Assembly: GCA_944350345.1 (NCBI GenBank)
Contig: CALVOP010000005.1
Location: forward strand, 2,575-66,574
Reading direction: 5' to 3'
Source: an uncultured Bacilli bacterium
GTDB taxonomy: Bacteria; Bacillota_I; Bacilli_A; RF39; UBA660
Length of the DNA: 64,000 nt
Shown: piece by piece, positions 58,765-64,000 of the stretch
Layout: every line of letters starts with the position of its first letter
Position numbering within the stretch: the stretch's first letter is position 1
Notes under the pieces: generated by a model
Seen by the model: only the letters and a program-made list of their open reading frames with translations
What the model was told of the DNA's origin: nothing
Database searches by the model: none
Translations under genes and position numbers: made by a program

Positions 58765-59592
58765 CTATTTTATTATTATTGTTCTAATATCTCCATTTAA
58801 AACTTCTAAATCGTTAAGTTTGTTTTTGTTTATGTCATATACATTGTTACTTGTAATATTTAATGCAACTAAAAGTTCTTTTAATGTCACATATTTTTTT
58901 GTTTTTACTAGATATACTACGCCTTTATTATTTATAGTTAAGTATATATATCTGCTTCTCGCTTTTATTTTAAAAATATTATTTAAGTTTACTATTTCTT
59001 CTACATTAAAACTTGAATGTTCGATTTTTAATTTTTTAACTAAATCTATATTTAAATATGTGCCTAGATAGTTTAAAAATTCATCTCTTACTGCTTTATC
59101 TTTTTTATTTACTACTAAATATATGTGTTTAATGTCATAACCATATGCAATTTTATCTAGTGTTTCTAATATATCATTTGCATATTCTTTTACTAATAAA
59201 TAATCGCTTTCATCATAATTTTTTTCATATTTTATTTCTAGTACGATTGGATCCATTTTTGACTTTTCTAATTTATTTTCTTTCAATATATTTCTTATAT
59301 CGTTTTTACCATAGTCAAAAAATGATTTGCTCTTAACAACTTCTCTTTTTAAATCTCTAAAATCATTTTCTATCGCTATAGCATTTATTGGCTTATTATT
59401 AAAATATACATTACTACTTCCTAATATTTTTCCTGATACTGAACTTGTAATCGTTTTTCCGTTATATGTTGAAATTTCTGTACTCACCAAAACATTTCCG
59501 TCAGCCGGAATTTTTACGCTTTCCTTACTTTCATAAGGTAAATAAACATATTTTGGTTGGTCATAATTAAAAATTTTTCTGTCTTTTTTCAT
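58765..59592 (-). CDS. hypothetical protein
   Basis: A clean ORF between uvrC and holA. The N-terminal segment (KIPADGNVLV...SSVSGKIL) vaguely resembles an RnfC-type barrel-sandwich domain, but I cannot support a product. The start is ATG 59592 or TTG 59610. Confidence 0.4.
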   Translation of the reverse strand: MKKDRKIFNYDQPKYVYLPYESKESVKIPADGNVLVSTEISTYNGKTITSSVSGKILGSSNVYFNNKPINAIAIENDFRDLKREVVKSKSFFDYGKNDIRNILKENKLEKSKMDPIVLEIKYEKNYDESDYLLVKEYANDILETLDKIAYGYDIKHIYLVVNKKDKAVRDEFLNYLGTYLNIDLVKKLKIEHSSFNVEEIVNLNNIFKIKARSRYIYLTINNKGVVYLVKTKKYVTLKELLVALNITSNNVYDINKNKLNDLEVLNGDIRTIIIK

Positions 59593-59631
59593 ATACCTAT
59601 TATACAACAAGTTGTAATTTTTTTAAATAAA

Positions 59632-61386
59632 TTATTTGTTTTTTAAGAAATTGTACAGTGTTAATGCAACTTTCTTTGGCACTATTTTTTCTATTTCTTC
59701 TAAACTTGCTTCTTTTAGTTTTTTTAATGATCCAAATTCTTTCATTAACTCTTTTTTTCTCACAGCCCCTAGCCCTTCAACTTCGTCTAATAAGCTGTTT
59801 AAATTGCTTTTGCTTCTAATTTCTCGATGATAATTTATTGTAAATCTGTGTACTTCATCACTTATTCTTGTTAAAAGGAAGAACACATTATCGTTTTTTT
59901 CAATATTAATTTCTTTTAATGTATCGCCATCTATTAAGGCACATATTTTATGATGTTTATCTTTTTTTAAACCACATACTTTTATTTTTAAATTTAAATC
60001 GTCTAATACACTTTTAGCTGCATTTATTTGATTAATTGCTCCATCTACTAGTATTAAGTCAGGTTTTCTTAAATTATTCATTAGCACTTTAAAATATCTT
60101 CTATATATTACTTCTTTCATGCTTCCTACATCGTCATTACCTTCAAAACTGATTTTAAATTTTCTATAATCTTTTTTTGAGGGTATTCCATCTATAAATG
60201 TTACCATTGCTGAAACTGTAAATGTTCCAAATAAGTTTGAGTTATCAAATGCTTCTATTACATGTAAGTCTTTAATTCCAAGAATTTTTCCTAAATTTGT
60301 ATTGGCATCATAGTTTCTTTCTTCATTTCTATATATTAATTCAATTGATGTTTCAAAGTTTATTTTTGCATTTTCATATGCCATGTCAAATATTCGTTTT
60401 TTTGTTCCTTTTTGTACATTTATTATTTTAGTTTCTAGTATTTTCCCTAACATTTCTGTATTAACTACATCTGGAACTATGACTTCTTTAGGTGCAATGT
60501 TTTTCTTTGAATAAAAGTCTACTATATAGTATTCAAGTGTTTCTTTTTCATCGCTTATTATTGGAAGTATTTTGTTATTTCCGCCTACTAATTTACCGTT
60601 TCTTAAAAAGAATGATTCGATACTTATGTATCCTTTATCTGTGTAATAGTTAAATATGTCTCTATTTATTCCGTCATTTAATTCAACTTTTTGCTTTTCA
60701 AATACTACTTTTATGTAGTCTAGTTCTTTTTTTAATTCAAGTGCTTGCTCATAATTCATGTTTTCTGAGTGTTTGTTAATTTTATCATATAATTTGTTTA
60801 TTAATATTTCGTCATTGCCATTTAATATTTGTTTTATTTCGTTTAACATTTCAGTTATATCTAAATCTTTATGTATGCAGTATCCTAAACATTCTTCAAT
60901 GTGATAATATAAACATTCTTTTTTGGGCATTTTATCACATTTTTTTAGTGGATATAGTCTATTTATTAGGTTAACTAATCTTCTTGCTGCATATACGTTT
61001 GGATAAGGGCCATATAAATCGCTTTTCTTTTTATTTATATTTATTTCTCTTTTTACTATTAATCTTGGATATTTTTCGTTTGTTAGTTCAATGTATGGGT
61101 AACTTTTATCATCTTTTAAAAGTATGTTATATTTTGGGTCGTATTTTTTTATTAAATTTATTTCTAATATAAATGCTTCTAATTCGCTACCTGTAACTAT
61201 GTATTCAAAATCTACGATTTCACTAACTAATTTTTTTGTTTTGCCAGTGACTCTACCAGTAAAATAACTTTTTACACGATTGAATAGGTTTTTTGCTTTT
61301 CCAACATATATAACTACTCCATCACTATTTTTCATTAAATAACAGCCACTTTTTTTAGGTAATAATTTTAATTTTTCTTTTATCAT
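59632..61386 (-). CDS. uvrC: excinuclease ABC subunit C
   Basis: GIY-YIG (SGCYLMKN..GVVIYVGKAKNL..RV.SY), a UVR domain, the endonuclease domain and a C-terminal HhH (LDEVEGLGAVRKKELMKEFGS). Confidence 0.95.
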   Translation of the reverse strand: MIKEKLKLLPKKSGCYLMKNSDGVVIYVGKAKNLFNRVKSYFTGRVTGKTKKLVSEIVDFEYIVTGSELEAFILEINLIKKYDPKYNILLKDDKSYPYIELTNEKYPRLIVKREININKKKSDLYGPYPNVYAARRLVNLINRLYPLKKCDKMPKKECLYYHIEECLGYCIHKDLDITEMLNEIKQILNGNDEILINKLYDKINKHSENMNYEQALELKKELDYIKVVFEKQKVELNDGINRDIFNYYTDKGYISIESFFLRNGKLVGGNNKILPIISDEKETLEYYIVDFYSKKNIAPKEVIVPDVVNTEMLGKILETKIINVQKGTKKRIFDMAYENAKINFETSIELIYRNEERNYDANTNLGKILGIKDLHVIEAFDNSNLFGTFTVSAMVTFIDGIPSKKDYRKFKISFEGNDDVGSMKEVIYRRYFKVLMNNLRKPDLILVDGAINQINAAKSVLDDLNLKIKVCGLKKDKHHKICALIDGDTLKEINIEKNDNVFFLLTRISDEVHRFTINYHREIRSKSNLNSLLDEVEGLGAVRKKELMKEFGSLKKLKEASLEEIEKIVPKKVALTLYNFLKNK

Positions 61387-61486
61387 AAAAATCACTATAT
61401 AAATTATACATTATTTATTGTTAATTTTAAATATCTGTGATAATTTTAAACTATGAGTTTTATTGTTTTTGTTGTAAAATAATGTT

Positions 61487-61840
61487 ATGAAAAAGTTAAA
61501 TGAAAGTTATGTAGAAGAAAAGAAAAGTAAATTTTATGGATATTTATATTTTATTGAATCGTTAGATGAAATAAATAGTATTTTAGATATGCTAAGAGTT
61601 GAGCATAAAAAATGTAAACATATAGTTTATGCTTACAAAATTGGTAATTATGTTAAAAAATATGAAGATAAAGAGCCTAGTAATTCTGCAGGTAAACCTA
61701 TTCTTGATGTTATTGAACAGAAAAAACTTGATAATGTACTCATTATTGTAGTTAGATATTTTGGTGGTACTTTACTTGGCAGAGGATTACTTACTAGGAC
61801 TTATAGAAAATGCACTTCATTATTGGTAGAACAAAAATAG
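61487..61840 (+). CDS. YigZ/IMPACT-family N-terminal-domain protein (short form)
   Basis: EEKKSKFYGY...H.VYAY......Y.D..EPSNSAGKPILDVI......NVLIIVVRYFGGTLLG is typical of UPF0029. It lacks the usual C-terminal domain. Confidence 0.7.
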   Translation: MKKLNESYVEEKKSKFYGYLYFIESLDEINSILDMLRVEHKKCKHIVYAYKIGNYVKKYEDKEPSNSAGKPILDVIEQKKLDNVLIIVVRYFGGTLLGRGLLTRTYRKCTSLLVEQK

Positions 61841-61924
61841 TTGTATTTCATATATTATATTAGAGAACTGAATTATTTAAGGGATTTAAGTATTTCACTA
61901 CTAGTAGTAAAAAGTTCTCTTTTT

Positions 61925-62254
61925 TTATGTAAATAGAATTTTAAATATTTTTATAGTCTCTCCTATTCCATCTACCATTAATTTTTCAATGAATGTGCCT
62001 GTTTTAATTCCTAAATTTGACATTCCATTTGAATAGTCTGTATACGTGAATTCTAAATAATCTTCTATTTCAATGTTTTTTCCTTCGCTTACATCTTTTT
62101 CAAATTGTTCCATTGCTTCCTTAGTTATTTGCATTTTATTATAATTTGTATAGTCATAATATCCATTTAGTTGTGCAAAATAAAGAACAAGAAATACTAT
62201 AAATGATATACCCATGAGTATTCCAAAATAGTTTTTCTTCTTTTTTTTATCCAT
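61925..62254 (-). CDS. small membrane protein, YqxA-like by position
   Basis: 109 aa with one N-terminal TM segment. It lies immediately downstream of, and overlaps, spoIIP, like B. subtilis yqxA in gpr-spoIIP-yqxA. Confidence 0.4.
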   Translation of the reverse strand: MDKKKKKNYFGILMGISFIVFLVLYFAQLNGYYDYTNYNKMQITKEAMEQFEKDVSEGKNIEIEDYLEFTYTDYSNGMSNLGIKTGTFIEKLMVDGIGETIKIFKILFT

Positions 62255-63218
62255 TATTTTGTTCCTTTATGTAGTCAACTATTATTTCGCTTATTGCATT
62301 TATTGTATTATATACTTGTTCTATTTCGTTATCTACTCCACCTATTTCGATTAACATTGCGTTTTCACTCATATCTTGATTGTATATTCCGTTTACGTTG
62401 CTACCACTTTTTTTGCTGATTCCCCTACTGATACCAGGGTATTTTTCTTTTATTTTTTCATTTAATGTTGTCGCTAAATTTAAATTACTTTCATAACCTT
62501 CATGTTCCATTCCAACAACAAAAAGTATTCTTGCATAACTTTTTCCGTCTTGTTCATATAGTGTTTTATCAATTGTTGCACTATCTCTATGTATATCTAT
62601 AAGATATTTAATTGAACTGTATTTATTTAATGCTTGTTCTATATAATATTTGCTTGCAACATAGCTTTTATTGTATTTTAAGCCGTTACTAGTTAAATAA
62701 TCTTTTATGTTAGCTGTTTCTACAATGGCTGGGATACCATTATTATTCATATATTCTTTCATAACATATGAAGCTATCATAACATTTGGCTTTACACTAT
62801 AATCCAAAGGATTACTTGAAGAATATTCTTCTGTTTGATGAGAGTTATAAATATAAACAATCGGCTCTTCTACGTTTATTGGATTTGGGTCTTCTATGTA
62901 GTTTGTTTTTTCATTTTCATAATCAAAGTCATCATCTTCTATATTTGAAAACACACTGAGATTATCTTTATTTACTATTTTGTTTAATGAACTATAAATC
63001 ATTTCTTTTGGTTCGCTCAATTTAGCACTTAAACTTGAGACAATTATATTCTCATTTTCTAACATATCATCTAATAACATACTTATCAAAAATTCTTTAT
63101 TATCTCCATCTCGCCCTAAACATAATTTTATAGTTGCATTAAACGATAGTAAAAATATAAATATGTAAAACAATATTTTAACGTTAAAACTTTTCTTTTT
63201 ACTTTTAAACTTTTTCAT
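62247..63218 (-). CDS. spoIIP: stage II sporulation protein P
   Basis: An N-terminal anchor, with IYNSHQTEEY, IDIHRDS and FVVG motifs typical of SpoIIP. Confidence 0.85.
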   Translation of the reverse strand: MKKFKSKKKSFNVKILFYIFIFLLSFNATIKLCLGRDGDNKEFLISMLLDDMLENENIIVSSLSAKLSEPKEMIYSSLNKIVNKDNLSVFSNIEDDDFDYENEKTNYIEDPNPINVEEPIVYIYNSHQTEEYSSSNPLDYSVKPNVMIASYVMKEYMNNNGIPAIVETANIKDYLTSNGLKYNKSYVASKYYIEQALNKYSSIKYLIDIHRDSATIDKTLYEQDGKSYARILFVVGMEHEGYESNLNLATTLNEKIKEKYPGISRGISKKSGSNVNGIYNQDMSENAMLIEIGGVDNEIEQVYNTINAISEIIVDYIKEQNNG

Positions 63219-63276
63219 AACACTCTCCTTTATTAGAATTATAATAAGAAGAGAATGAAAAATTACTCGTTTTATG

Positions 63277-64000
63277 TCATAAAATTCTATTTATTACAAT
63301 ACTTAACATTGTTGCTATATTTTCTATTTCTATATCTATGTCTTTACTTGTAACTATTAATTCTTCTTTTGGTTTTTCTTTTAAAAATTTGTTCATGTTT
63401 ATTATGGTAGGTACTCCTATTGCTATTACTGGTATTTTCATGGTTTTTTCACTTATCTCATATGACGTTTTTAATAATGCACTTCCTGGTTTTATTCCAC
63501 CAGTAGATATTTGAATAGTTTTATTTAATCTTTCTATACTTTTCGCAGATAATGAATCTATAATAATTATTAAATTTACTTCAAGTTTTTTTGATAGCAT
63601 TTTTATAAATTCAAATGTATTTATATTGCTTAAGCCTTCTACTTCTTTGTATATTTTATATATGTTATTGTCTATATCTATTTTTTCTATAACTAAGTAT
63701 CCTAATGAATCGCTTGTAATGTTTTTATTTCCTAACCCTACAATTAGTATTTTACTATTTTTTTTAATATTTAAATATTTAATAGTGTTTTTTAAATTTA
63801 CTTCTAATTCTTTTAATATTGTTTCAACATTACTTTCTATTTTTTCAAAATATATTGTAATATATTTTCCTTTATTTTTTCCTATTTTTTCTGCTGTTTT
63901 TTTATCAAGTTCTATTTCTGAAATACTTATATTTTTGTTTTTTCGTATTTTGTTTTCAATTTCACTTGCATTAATAAATTTTTCTGCTGTTTCAATTATA
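63277..64000 (-). CDS. gpr: germination protease GPR (spore endopeptidase), 5' end beyond the window
   Basis: The frame is open from 63277 to the window end with no stop. ILIVGLGNKNITSDSLG, IIIDSLSAKSIERLNKTIQIS..GIKPGS and PVIAIGVPT are GPR motifs. The ORF-track start at 63600 is just the first internal Met. Confidence 0.85.
   Translation of the reverse strand, partial: IIETAEKFINASEIENKIRKNKNISISEIELDKKTAEKIGKNKGKYITIYFEKIESNVETILKELEVNLKNTIKYLNIKKNSKILIVGLGNKNITSDSLGYLVIEKIDIDNNIYKIYKEVEGLSNINTFEFIKMLSKKLEVNLIIIIDSLSAKSIERLNKTIQISTGGIKPGSALLKTSYEISEKTMKIPVIAIGVPTIINMNKFLKEKPKEELIVTSKDIDIEIENIATMLSIVINRIL

Noticed and set aside
61863-61920. Long-range complementarity agagaact ... agttctct downstream of yigZ as a structured RNA.
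   Set aside because: It is an 8-bp stem with a ~40-nt loop followed by a T-run. It is most simply a sloppy bidirectional terminator between the convergent yigZ and yqxA-like genes. I see no further conserved structure.

Overview
Very AT-rich chromosomal segment (roughly one quarter G+C by eye, not computed) from an endospore-forming Firmicute. It uses the standard bacterial code: long ORFs are intact and several genes end in TGA, so this is not the Mollicute code 4. I see about 60 protein genes, densely packed and mostly housekeeping. They cover cell envelope and division (FtsW/RodA family, UppS, SpoVB-type flippase), competence (comEA-comEC), secretion (comN-like, secDF) and the stringent response (rel, dtd). 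They also cover DNA repair and replication (mutS, uvrC, xseAB, rarA, holA, rnhC, xerD) and tRNA or aaRS functions (queA, tgt, hisS, aspS, ttcA-like, tcdA, mnmA). Sporulation genes are present too (yjcZ-like, spoVB, spoIIM, spoIVB, spoIIP, yqxA-like, gpr). Several blocks are collinear with Bacillus subtilis: queA-tgt...yrzE-yrbG-spoVB, comN-secDF, rel-dtd, hisS-aspS...tcdA-rarA, xerD-deoB and gpr-spoIIP-yqxA. I found no rRNA, tRNA, CRISPR array, transposase or prophage. One probable ncRNA (6S RNA) lies between the ttcA-like gene and tcdA. The best candidate for an undescribed system is in the queuosine operon. The QueA ORF is fused at its C-terminus to an amidohydrolase-like domain. It is followed, with translational coupling, by a glutamine-synthetase-like amidoligase and a RimK-type ATP-grasp ligase, all inserted between queA and tgt. 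Secondary leads: an orphan soluble VirD4/TraG-like ATPase coupled to a MerR regulator, a ClpX paralogue without the zinc-finger N-domain in the hisS-aspS operon, and an unannotated 45-codon (SSRN)n basic peptide gene. Further leads: a membrane-anchored protein carrying two tandem repeat arrays, a Rel homologue with a degenerate hydrolase motif, and a lipoprotein gene with an in-frame stop. All product calls come from motif recognition by eye and from gene order. No database search was run.
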